Shown here piece by piece: positions 40,332 to 49,221 of a stretch of 64,000 bases of DNA (the stretch's first letter is position 1; every line of letters starts with the position of its first letter). The stretch is from the NCBI GenBank assembly GCA_944364615.1, contig CALVWF010000001.1, forward strand, positions 65,840 through 129,839. Direction: 5' to 3'. This DNA is from an uncultured Clostridia bacterium (lineage in GTDB: Bacteria > Bacillota > Clostridia > Christensenellales > CAG-314). The position numbers and the translations under genes are program-made. The notes beneath the pieces were generated by a model. The model was not told the DNA's origin. It ran no database searches and worked only from the letters and a program-made list of their open reading frames with translations.

Positions 40332-41021
40332 CTACAACGAATACAAATACATCATTACTCCGTCGAAAACGGCACGTGTAAGTTTTTCACGGCGTTCGGC
40401 AGTATTCAGCAACCGCTCCTCTTCCGCATTGCTCAAAAACCCGAATTCCACTATTACCGACGGGCAATCGGACGTTCTCGTAATATAAAAATCTCCTTTC
40501 AGCGCTTCGAGATTACGCGAGTTTAATTTGTTGACGCAATCCTGAACGCTTTGCGCAAGCGTCTGTCCTTCCTCATTGCCTTGCTGAAAAAACACCTGTG
40601 CGCCCGTCCTGTATGAAGATGAATACTTGTTCATATGCACCGATATAACTATATCGGCGGAGGAATCTTCGATTATCTGACGGCGTTTTTCCATATCGCG
40701 CATTTTAAAGCCTTCGGTGGGAAGTCCATACAATCCGCCTTCGTCGGTGCGTGTGTAAACGACGTTAAATCCGCACTGCTCGAACCATTTGCCCAACTGC
40801 CTGGAATACAACAGATTGAGATGGCTTTCCCTCGTGCCGTTGACTCCTGTGACTCCGCAGTCCACACCGCCGTGTCCTGCGTCTATTACTACCGTAAAAT
40901 CTATAAGCGACGTGGTGTTACTGGACATTCCGAACAACAGATAAAAAGTTAAAGTCAGTTGCAGGGCGCACAGCAACGCCACCACGGTCAACAATTTTCT
41001 ACCATTCAAAGCAACTATCAT
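40332..41021 (-). CDS. cwlD: N-acetylmuramoyl-L-alanine amidase, CwlD-like
   Basis: ORF 40332-41105 trimmed to MIVALNGRKLL (ATG 41021 behind AAGGAAG). N-terminal TM. Amidase_3 motifs VVIDAGHGGVDCGV, ADIVISVHMN, IVEFGFLSNAEE. Confidence 0.8.
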   Translation of the reverse strand: MIVALNGRKLLTVVALLCALQLTLTFYLLFGMSSNTTSLIDFTVVIDAGHGGVDCGVTGVNGTRESHLNLLYSRQLGKWFEQCGFNVVYTRTDEGGLYGLPTEGFKMRDMEKRRQIIEDSSADIVISVHMNKYSSSYRTGAQVFFQQGNEEGQTLAQSVQDCVNKLNSRNLEALKGDFYITRTSDCPSVIVEFGFLSNAEEERLLNTAERREKLTRAVFDGVMMYLYSL

Positions 41022-41105
41022 CACTTGCACTTCCTTACTGACAAAATACGACACAAAGGGGCAAAATTCTGCTCTTTTTTGTGCAAAAATCCCCGAGTTA
41101 TACAC

Positions 41106-41149
41106 TTATCCACAAAGTTATCCACATAAACACATGTTCGTGTGGACAA
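41106..41149. promoter_or_regulatory. Cluster of three DnaA boxes
   Basis: TTATCCACA at 41106-41114 and 41118-41126 (both perfect consensus) and inverted TGTGGACAA at 41141-41149 (rc TTGTCCACA, 1 mismatch). Confidence 0.7.
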
Positions 41150-41383
41150 CCTGTTTCACAATATTCCATGAAACCGCAACGGAGTTTTATACAACTAACA
41201 TATGTGTCTGTACGCCGCTTTAACACCTGCTTTAAGTGAAAAATCGCACTGCTTGTCCGCTTATACGCGTCAAAAAGTTACTTTTGTAAAATAGTGTCGA
41301 ATTTGCCTGTTTACGGAAATTTACATTTCGGCTGTAAGAAAAAACTGTAATATGTCAATACTTACACACATAAGGAGGCAACA

Positions 41384-42631
41384 ATGAATTTCAATCCATT
41401 TGCAGAAAAACCGATAAAGACTAAAGCAGAGTTTTACGACTGGAAACAACTTGCGGTAAAGCCGTACAACAAATTTCAGATAGACCCGATGACAAGACTG
41501 CGTGTAATACTTGCCAACGGCTCGGAATTTGAGGCAGTATGGTTTTCACACCGCTTCAACAGACATTGCGACAACAACGACATAAGACGTCAGTTGGCGG
41601 TTACGCGACGTCAGGAACAGCAACAGCAAAAGCGTATTGCCGCTCTCAAACCTATAAACGAAGATTTGCTCGAACACACGATAGGTTACGAACAACTGGC
41701 GGTAGAACTGACGGCAACATTTGCGCAGAGGGAAACGGACAAATACGTTCAGCAGGCAATGAATTTTGCATTGATAGAAGACTTCGATCACCTGTACCGT
41801 TACGCCAATCTGCTTGATATGGATCAGGGGGTAAAGGTGGAAAACCTCATCGGAAACTACACCGAAGCGATGCCCGGACGCCCTACCATTTCCGAACACC
41901 GCTACCCGTCGGATGAAATAAAAAGATTTGTCAATTTCCACAAATGCGACAGTCTGACAGCGTTGGACATTTCGATACTTGTCAGCGCAGAACAGCAGAC
42001 GATGAACTATTATATGAATCAGGCGGGATTTTACCACAACAATTTAGGAAAGCAATTGTACAGCGAAATAGCGATGATAGAAGAACAGCACGTCTCGATG
42101 TACGGAAGTCTGCAGGACGTCAACGGTTCGTGGCTGGAAAAACTGCTCATGCACGAATACGCGGAATGTTACCTGTATATGTCGCTGTGGCAGGACGAAA
42201 CGGACAAAAACGTAAAGAAGATATTTGAAGAACACTTCAACACCGAACTGCAACATCTGCACGACGCTACGGAAATGCTGGAAAAATACGAAAAGAAGGA
42301 ATGGAAACAGATAATACCCAACGGAACTTTCCCCGAATTGCTTAAATTCGGCAGACAGAGCAACGTCGACTACATCAGAAAGGTCATTGCAGAGGAAATA
42401 ACTCTTACGGGAGTACGCGAAGATTACTCGGAAGTATCGCAGTTGCCAAAAGACTCGATGTTTTTCCAATACCAGAAAGACGTCAACAGCAACGTAAAAA
42501 GTGTGGCAAGCCACAACGTAATAGAAAAGCGTATTGCCGACGAAGGAGAAGACATGCGCATTGAAAAGCAGATGCATCCTCTGCCCGAAATGCGTGACCG
42601 CACTCAAGACAACACCGAAGCGGGACGTTGA
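41384..42631 (+). CDS. Ferritin-like di-iron-carboxylate superfamily protein (long form), function unknown
   Basis: 415-aa ORF. GGAGG RBS. Paired acidic/His motifs (YEQLAVE...IEDFDH; SAEQQ...IEEQH) suggest a four-helix-bundle di-metal site. No family name recognised. Confidence 0.45.
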   Translation: MNFNPFAEKPIKTKAEFYDWKQLAVKPYNKFQIDPMTRLRVILANGSEFEAVWFSHRFNRHCDNNDIRRQLAVTRRQEQQQQKRIAALKPINEDLLEHTIGYEQLAVELTATFAQRETDKYVQQAMNFALIEDFDHLYRYANLLDMDQGVKVENLIGNYTEAMPGRPTISEHRYPSDEIKRFVNFHKCDSLTALDISILVSAEQQTMNYYMNQAGFYHNNLGKQLYSEIAMIEEQHVSMYGSLQDVNGSWLEKLLMHEYAECYLYMSLWQDETDKNVKKIFEEHFNTELQHLHDATEMLEKYEKKEWKQIIPNGTFPELLKFGRQSNVDYIRKVIAEEITLTGVREDYSEVSQLPKDSMFFQYQKDVNSNVKSVASHNVIEKRIADEGEDMRIEKQMHPLPEMRDRTQDNTEAGR

Positions 42632-42650
42632 GCGTTGTCTTTACAGACAA

Positions 42651-42696
42651 AAAAAACAAAGGACGTATCTCGGATACGTCCTTTCGCTGTTTTTTC
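42651..42696. terminator. Terminator between convergent genes (best for pepT)
   Basis: AAGGACGTATC-tcg-GATACGTCCTT. T-run directly follows on the minus strand (plus-strand A-run 42651-42658). On the plus strand the T-run is 7 nt away. Confidence 0.75.
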
Positions 42697-42723
42697 AAAC
42701 TGTTTTACCGCATTTGTCAAAAA

Positions 42724-43932
42724 CTATTTTCCTGCGTAAATTTCCGCAAGATTCAATATTACTTCCACTGCCTTGTTCATATCTTCAAGGGGAATGTACT
42801 CGTATCTGCCGTGGAAGTTGTAACCTCCCGTAAACAGGTTGGGACAGGGCAAGCCTTTATAAGACAGAGTTGCGCCGTCCGTTCCGCCTCTTATAGGACG
42901 TACAAGAGCATTGATTCCTGCCTTTTCCATTGCCTTGACAGCATTGTCCACAAGGTGTATGTTGTGCTCGATTATTTCTTTCATATTGTAGTAACTGTCT
43001 TTGATGTCGCATCTGACAGTGCCTTTGCCGTACTTCTTGTTGAGAAAATCCACGCACTGAGCAAAAAAGCGTTTCTTGGCTTCGAACTTAGTTCTGTCGT
43101 GATCTCTGATTATATAGTGAGCGACTGCGCTGTCAACCGTTGCCGTCATATTGTCCAGGTGATAAAATCCTTCGTACCCTTCTGTGTACATCGGATTTTC
43201 AAATACCGGCAGCAACGACTGCAATTCCATAAGAACAAGACCTGCGTTTATCATTTTACCCTTTGCGGTACCGGGATGCACCGACTTGCCGGTAACGGTC
43301 ACTTTGACGCCTGCCGCATTGAAGTTTTCGTATTCCAGTTCGCCCAGTTCACCTCCGTCAAGAGTATATGCTCCGTCGCAGGCAAACCCTTCTACGTCGA
43401 AGTGTTCCGTACCTCTGCCCACTTCTTCGTCGGGAGTAAACGCCACCTTTACGGTAGGACGATTGACGTTGCTTTCGACAAGTTGTCTTAAAGCCTCCAT
43501 TATTTCCGCTATACCCGCTTTGTCGTCCGCTCCCAACAGCGTTGTGCCGTCGGCACTGATCAGCGTCTTGCCTATGTGATTTTTAAGTTCGGGAAATTCT
43601 TCGGCACTTATTTTAACGCCCTTTTTAAGCACAATGTCGCTTCCGTCGTAATTGTCGGTAATTACGGGACGCACGTTCGCACCGCTTACCGCACTCGACG
43701 TGTCCATATGCGCAATAAATCCCAGTCTGTAACTGCTGTCGCAATTGGTGGGAAGCGTTGCGTAAACGTATCCGTACTCGTCTGTTTTAATGTCCGACAA
43801 TCCAAGTTCGCGCAATTCGTCCGTCAATAAACGGGCAAGATTTTTCTGTTTTTCAGTAGAGGGCGAAGACGTGGATTCGGGATCCGATTGCGTATCTATT
43901 CTTACATATTTCAAAAATCTTTCAAGCAGCAT
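42724..43932 (-). CDS. pepT: Peptidase T (tripeptide aminopeptidase, M20B)
   Basis: ORF 42724-43980 trimmed to MLLERFLKYVRIDTQSDPES. GFIAHMDTS, LLGADDKAGIAEIM, RGGTDGA. Confidence 0.93.
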   Translation of the reverse strand: MLLERFLKYVRIDTQSDPESTSSPSTEKQKNLARLLTDELRELGLSDIKTDEYGYVYATLPTNCDSSYRLGFIAHMDTSSAVSGANVRPVITDNYDGSDIVLKKGVKISAEEFPELKNHIGKTLISADGTTLLGADDKAGIAEIMEALRQLVESNVNRPTVKVAFTPDEEVGRGTEHFDVEGFACDGAYTLDGGELGELEYENFNAAGVKVTVTGKSVHPGTAKGKMINAGLVLMELQSLLPVFENPMYTEGYEGFYHLDNMTATVDSAVAHYIIRDHDRTKFEAKKRFFAQCVDFLNKKYGKGTVRCDIKDSYYNMKEIIEHNIHLVDNAVKAMEKAGINALVRPIRGGTDGATLSYKGLPCPNLFTGGYNFHGRYEYIPLEDMNKAVEVILNLAEIYAGK

Positions 43933-43936
43933 ATTT

Positions 43937-44509
43937 TTAACCTCTTTCTTCATCGATATAAGTTGCGGTAAGATCCGCAATGTGCATCAAGAGCGACAAC
44001 TTGTATTTATAAAAAGCATCGCTTACCGCATAACTTCCTCCCAGCACTCTGCTGTCGAATGCGCCCATGTGCCAATTTATGGCCATTGCTTCTTCTGGAG
44101 TAATGCGCATATACTGATTTATTATAAACACGCTTTTTTCGCCGTGACCGAAGGGGAACTTTTCGTTGGTGACGTAACGCGGTTTTTTAACCCATTCGTT
44201 ACCCTCCTTTACGTTACGCATTTCCACCGAATAGTAGTTGACCTTGCACACGTCGTGCAACAATCCCACTACCGCAATGGTTTCGTCGGAATATACCTTG
44301 GAATAATCTTCGCCAAGTTCCGACTTGACGATTCTGAGCAGTCTCTTGTAGACGTTGACCGAGTGTTGGGCAAGTCCTCCCTCACATGCAAGGTGGAACC
44401 GCGTGCTTGCCGGAGCCGTGAAAAAATCGCTTTTTTTGAGATAATCCAACAAGGCGTCTGAGCCAGGGCGTGTAATGAATTGTTTGTAGATTTGTTCGAA
44501 TTGATTCAT
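43937..44509 (-). CDS. HD domain phosphohydrolase family protein
   Basis: ORF 43937-44596 trimmed to MNQFEQIYK (ATG 44509 behind GGAGG). HLACEGGLAQHS and GLLHDVCK (HD) motifs. Confidence 0.7.
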   Translation of the reverse strand: MNQFEQIYKQFITRPGSDALLDYLKKSDFFTAPASTRFHLACEGGLAQHSVNVYKRLLRIVKSELGEDYSKVYSDETIAVVGLLHDVCKVNYYSVEMRNVKEGNEWVKKPRYVTNEKFPFGHGEKSVFIINQYMRITPEEAMAINWHMGAFDSRVLGGSYAVSDAFYKYKLSLLMHIADLTATYIDEERG

Positions 44510-44647
44510 AACATACCTCCGTTTATTTAATTGTAGCACACAATTAAACGAATGACAACAACTAAAACAACGTAAAAAAAAGCATCGGGCAAACATACCC
44601 GATGCCGAAATAAGAATTTTTACTTTTTATAAGACACATAGTTATAC

Positions 44648-45115
44648 TCACTCTTTATACGTCAGCAGTTTGCGCCAGACCTCTATATCGAACCGCACGT
44701 TGGCGGGACTGGTACTGGGAGCGTACTCTATCTGCGCGCAACGGGAAAAGTTTTTTACCGTAAGATTGTAACTCAACCTGCCGTTGCACACGATAAGCGG
44801 AATACGGTACCGATTTATAAGTCCCTCCACGTCTGCAAGTTCTATATTTCTTATAGAATCGTCCCTGCTATTTACTACGGTGCAACGCTGCACTACGTCC
44901 CACAAAGCCACTCCGCTTGCGCAGAGAAGTTTTATTTTGTCTTCCACGGTGTCTATACTTCCGCCGAAAAACAGTTGCATCATCGGCCAGAATCTGTTTC
45001 TGTTGTTGCCGTAATAAAATCCGTTGCTTCGTGACATCACGCTGGGGAAACTGCCCAACACCAGAACACGGCTGTTTTCCGTCACACACGGTTGAAATCC
45101 TTGTATAAGTTGCAT
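44648..45115 (-). CDS. Uracil-DNA glycosylase superfamily protein (DNA-deoxyinosine glycosylase-like)
   Basis: ORF 44648-45151 trimmed to MQLIQGFQP. VLVLGSFPSVMS and NRFWPMM motifs. Confidence 0.7.
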   Translation of the reverse strand: MQLIQGFQPCVTENSRVLVLGSFPSVMSRSNGFYYGNNRNRFWPMMQLFFGGSIDTVEDKIKLLCASGVALWDVVQRCTVVNSRDDSIRNIELADVEGLINRYRIPLIVCNGRLSYNLTVKNFSRCAQIEYAPSTSPANVRFDIEVWRKLLTYKE

Positions 45116-45175
45116 TTGTCGACACCTGCGTTTTTTTTCAGTATAACGCACAGCGAAAAAAGTGTCAACAATGCG

Positions 45176-46249
45176 TTACTCTTTAAGTTTGCCGTCATTG
45201 GCAAGACTGTCGAAAAAACTTCGGTTGTACCTGACCGAGGCATTGTCGGGATACATTTTTTCCGCCTTTAAAAAATATTTGTACGCTTTTTTTTGATCAT
45301 TCAAGTAATAATAACAGACGCACAGTTGCATCCACGGAAAAAAAGTATGGTAATCGAGGTTTACAAAGCCTTTGTCGGGAGGCTTTAAGCGCGTTGCGCT
45401 TTCAAACCAGAACGCGGCGGTTTCATACTGATTGCGGTCAAGAAAAATTTTGCCTATCTTGTAGCAACATTCCGCCGACGGATACCCGAAACTGAGCAAA
45501 GCGACAAGCGTTGTAAGCGATTTGTCGGGCATCTGCATTGTGCTGTAACAATCGGCAAGCATCAGCATGGCGTGCACTCTGTCCACTTCCCATGCGTCGC
45601 GCCGTGCGATGAAGTTACGAAGATTTTCCGCGCTTTGACTGTAATACCCGTTGTAAAACAACTCTCTTGCGTAGTAGTAACTGTTACGGGCATCCAGCAC
45701 CTCACCCCGTTTCAACATATTGCGGTATATTTGAAGATTACGCGAACCGTGACTTCCAACAGGCTTGTGCCACACTTCTATGTCGCTGTACACTATTTTA
45801 CCGAACGGCACCACCACTTCGTGCACCTTGTTTACCCACACCGCTCTGCCGTCGTTGACAAAGATGCGCTCACGGTAAAAATAAAATGTAGCAACGTCGC
45901 CTTTAAAAGCCGTACAGTACTTTGCCATTACGGTATCCGGGCGGTCGTCGGATTTTTTCCACTTTACAATCTTTTTAACGTTGGCAGGAGTGACTATATC
46001 GTCGGCGTCCAGCCACATCACGTACTGCATTGTAGCCTTGCTCAATGCAAAGTTGCGTGCAGAAGAAAAGTCATCCTGCCATTCCACTCGGTATACCTTG
46101 TCGGTGTAATTGCGGGCAATTTCCATTGTGCCGTCGGAAGACCCCGTGTCCACCACCACAATCTCGTCGGCAAATGACAGACAGTCCATCAACCGCTTTA
46201 ACACCCTCTCTTCGTTTTTTACTATCAACGTTACGGACAATGTTTTCAT
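45176..46249 (-). CDS. Family 2 glycosyltransferase with C-terminal TPR-like repeats
   Basis: ORF 45176-46432 trimmed to MKTLSVTLIVKNEE. VVVDTGSSDGT, WQDDFSSARN, DxD as WLDADD. Helical repeat C-terminal half. Confidence 0.8.
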   Translation of the reverse strand: MKTLSVTLIVKNEERVLKRLMDCLSFADEIVVVDTGSSDGTMEIARNYTDKVYRVEWQDDFSSARNFALSKATMQYVMWLDADDIVTPANVKKIVKWKKSDDRPDTVMAKYCTAFKGDVATFYFYRERIFVNDGRAVWVNKVHEVVVPFGKIVYSDIEVWHKPVGSHGSRNLQIYRNMLKRGEVLDARNSYYYARELFYNGYYSQSAENLRNFIARRDAWEVDRVHAMLMLADCYSTMQMPDKSLTTLVALLSFGYPSAECCYKIGKIFLDRNQYETAAFWFESATRLKPPDKGFVNLDYHTFFPWMQLCVCYYYLNDQKKAYKYFLKAEKMYPDNASVRYNRSFFDSLANDGKLKE

Positions 46250-46422
46250 ACTGCACTGTATGCGCGACAAAAAACTTTTGCCACAAATGTCCGTCGGAGC
46301 ATATTTACATATGCTCATATGAATATGTCGGCAACGGCGCATATGACAGGACAAAGGAAAATATTCACACAAATTCGGATTTGCACATACCAATATACCA
46401 AAAAACATCGAAGGAGAAATAA

Positions 46423-46977
46423 ATGCAACCAATAAAGGCGGATCTGCCCTACCCCTCCACCGACTGTCTTACATACGACCCTCATTCGGGCAAAATAATT
46501 GCTTTTGCCTACGCTTCACTTCACAGCGAACTTACGGCGATACTGCAATACACTTACCACGCACTGCAATTCAAACAATACGGCAAAGAATTTGCCGACA
46601 CAATGGAAGGAATTGCTTTAACGGAGATGCAACACCTGTTTTTGTTGGGAGAAACAATGTTAAAAACAGGTGTGGATCCGCGATTCGTACAGTATGCCTC
46701 ATGTAACGCGCCGTTTTTCAATTCGTCGACGGTTGCTCAATCCACATCGCCGCAAAAAATGCTGATGGACAATATAGAGGGAGAACTCAACGCCATTTCC
46801 GACTACAAAAAAATGCTTATGTTGCTTAAAAATCAGCAAGTTTCGGCAATAGTACAGCGCATAATTCTCGACGAGCAACTTCATGTCGAAACGCTCAAAA
46901 AACTGCTGGAAAAAACAAACGCATTGGGTCTGTGCGGTACGAATACCGACTGTTGCGGTGAAACGTACTGCGACTGA
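46423..46977 (+). CDS. Ferritin-like / CotJC-type (Mn-catalase superfamily) four-helix-bundle protein
   Basis: 184-aa ORF. GAAGGAG RBS. SELTAILQYTYH...TEMQH and GELNAISDY...DEQLH (two E...ExxH pairs). Cys-rich tail LGLCGTNTDCCGETYCD. Confidence 0.6.
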   Translation: MQPIKADLPYPSTDCLTYDPHSGKIIAFAYASLHSELTAILQYTYHALQFKQYGKEFADTMEGIALTEMQHLFLLGETMLKTGVDPRFVQYASCNAPFFNSSTVAQSTSPQKMLMDNIEGELNAISDYKKMLMLLKNQQVSAIVQRIILDEQLHVETLKKLLEKTNALGLCGTNTDCCGETYCD

Positions 46978-47058
46978 GACAACATCGACGTGCGCGTCGC
47001 CGTCTGACGTCGAAAACCATTTGGGAGCGGTTTTACTGAAAACAGTTAATTTCGCGCA

Positions 47059-47087
47059 TAAAAATCCCCGTCCGTACGGATGGGGAT
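47059..47087 (-). terminator. Rho-independent terminator after the 47132 gene
   Basis: ATCCCCGTCCGTACGGATGGGGAT hairpin (47064-47087) followed on the minus strand by TTTTTA. Confidence 0.75.
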
Positions 47088-47131
47088 AAATTCTGTCTAT
47101 TACAAATATCGTACTGTAACGTCAGTTCATT

Positions 47132-49120
47132 TTACGCAAAGAATCCTGCGTAAGGATAGGACGCCGCTGTATTTGCAACAGTGATTATCGTAAACAGCAA
47201 TGTGTTTACTACTGCGCCGAGCCAAGCGTTTCCTGTACGTTCGTACAGTCTTCTGGAGTAGATAGTAGCAATCACCAGAACGGGGACTATCGGGAACAAT
47301 ACGATGTAGCCCAGATTCATGTCAGCCTGCCACAATACGCCTGTGGAACGGAATGTTCCGTATTGAATAGCCATTACCAACACGATTCCCAGCACGTTGA
47401 ATACGGCATTGATTGCAATCGTTGCCCATTCGGGAAGGTTCTTTACCCTGTAACCCTGATTGAATACGCTGTTGATGAAGTAGAAGATGAAGAATACTAC
47501 TGCGTAACGCAACATCGTAGGCAACATTACGGCGACTTCGAATACCTTGACGTCAAGCGTCCAGAAACGGAAGTCGACCTTCCAGATTGCCCAGTTGATA
47601 AACACTACCACATACATCAGAGCAACTACCAGTGCGCCTGCAACGACCGTCTTGACAACAGCGCCCAAACCGCCTTGGATTCGTGCAGGTTGCATGGGAC
47701 TGCCTGCAAGAGGCACGTCGCGCTTGCCGACAACGTCTATTATTCTGTTGATCAACCAGATTATTCCCGTTACGAGCAAAGCAAACAAACCGCACACTAC
47801 AGCCCAGGTTGCCACTGTTCCCGTAGTATCCTGCGGGAAGTAGGTGTTCTGAGTGAACATCAATTCTTTGAAATCGCTCAGCCAACCGTCACCGCTGTAA
47901 ACCCACTGTATGGAGAAACCGCTGAACAATGTCGTTATGACTGCCGCTACCCAGTAAGAGATGTGTTTGCGCACGCCTGTAAGAGAAGGAAGAACTTCGG
48001 TGTTGTCGACTTCACCTTCTTCCGATTGCTTTTTCTTCAAAGAAGCGAATGCAGGCATCGAAAGTACTACATCTGCAAGAGGAATAAGCAATGCAAAGAA
48101 TGCTATCAGACCTAAAGTGGAGAACAGTTCTTTTACCCACCATGTCTGATTGCCTTCGGCAATGTATTCGTAACCGTTGGGAGTGCCGAATGCGGTATAG
48201 AAGAAGTTAGTTACATATCCTGCACTTTCAATCGAGAAGTGGTTCAACGGGTGAATTTCATCCGCCTCGTAAATGACACGGAACGCGCTTGCGGCAGCCT
48301 GTCCGCCGGCAACTTCCGTGAGAGTTCCGCCTATGTAAATACCGCCGTTTTCAACGTTGATGGCGTCTGCCGTTGTGCCGTAGTCACCTTCGCCCCAACC
48401 GATAAATGTAGCGGCGGCAACCGAATGAAGATATTGTCTTGAAATAGAGGCGGTTCCGTCTGCCAATTTGCTCTGGAAGAAGAACTCGTCGTCTTTGGCT
48501 TTGAGTATACCTACAGAAACGTCGGCGCCCGCTCACATAAACGTGCTCCAACCTTGAATGAGACCTGCGGAAACAAGACCGTTTGCCATATCGGATATAA
48601 GAGTCATTGCTGTTGTAAATCCGCCCATCGAGTGACCTGAAATACCTATCTTTGCAACGTCAACGTAATCCTGCAAAGCAAGATATTTTACCGCTTCGTA
48701 CATGCCTGACGTGTTCATCATCGCACTTGTGGCTTCACTCAATTCGTTGTTACCGTGGCCGCCTCTGTCGATGGTCAACACGACAAAACCTCTGCGGGCA
48801 AGTTCTATTGCGTTTTGCAGTTGCAGTTCGCGGTTGTTGAGGTAACCGTGCGTCAACACTACTGCCGGCAACTTGTTGGTTGCGCTTGCCGTTTTCGGTA
48901 CGAAAAGGATACCGCTCGCAACAGTTCCGTTGACCTCCACTTCTGTTCCGTTTTTGTTGGTAACCGTTCCTTCAAACGGTACATCGCGAAGATCCGTTAC
49001 CGTCACTCTGAAAGCGTCGCTCTGTATCATGCTTGCACAGAAACTGGACACCAGAATGACTGCCAGTGCAATTGCCAAGATCATCAACGAAATCTTGTGT
49101 TTTTACATGTAGTTTTTCAT
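47132..49120 (-). pseudogene. Alpha/beta-hydrolase fused to a large polytopic membrane domain, interrupted by two in-frame stops
   Basis: One frame reads MKNYM-TAA(49105-49103)-KHKISLMILAIALAVIL...GHSMGG...GWSTFM-TGA(48535-48533)-AGADVSVGIL...(444-aa membrane part). GGGAGG RBS precedes ATG 49120. Track ORFs 48533-49087 and 47132-48466 share this frame. Confidence 0.7.
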
Positions 49121-49221
49121 TGTTTTCCTCCCTGAAGTTTTTTTATTAACCTCCCGAATTCCTTTCGGGTAAAGTTCCTGAATAATCTTTTCCCTGATTT
49201 TCTTATTTCCTGAATTTATGT

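Noticed and set aside
41128-41140. cgaacatgtgttt (minus-strand reading) as a LexA/Cheo SOS box
   Set aside because: It matches GAAC-N4-GTTC at 7 of 8 core positions only, sits between DnaA boxes and is not next to a known SOS gene. It is mentioned in the DnaA-box finding but not annotated.
48533-48535. In-frame TGA as evidence for an alternative genetic code (TGA=Trp/Gly) or selenocysteine
   Set aside because: TGA terminates mrnC, rlmB, rpsU and other well-delimited genes here. All other genes are intact under the standard code. The same gene also carries an in-frame TAA, and I saw no convincing SECIS-like hairpin just downstream. Nonsense mutation or sequencing error is more parsimonious.
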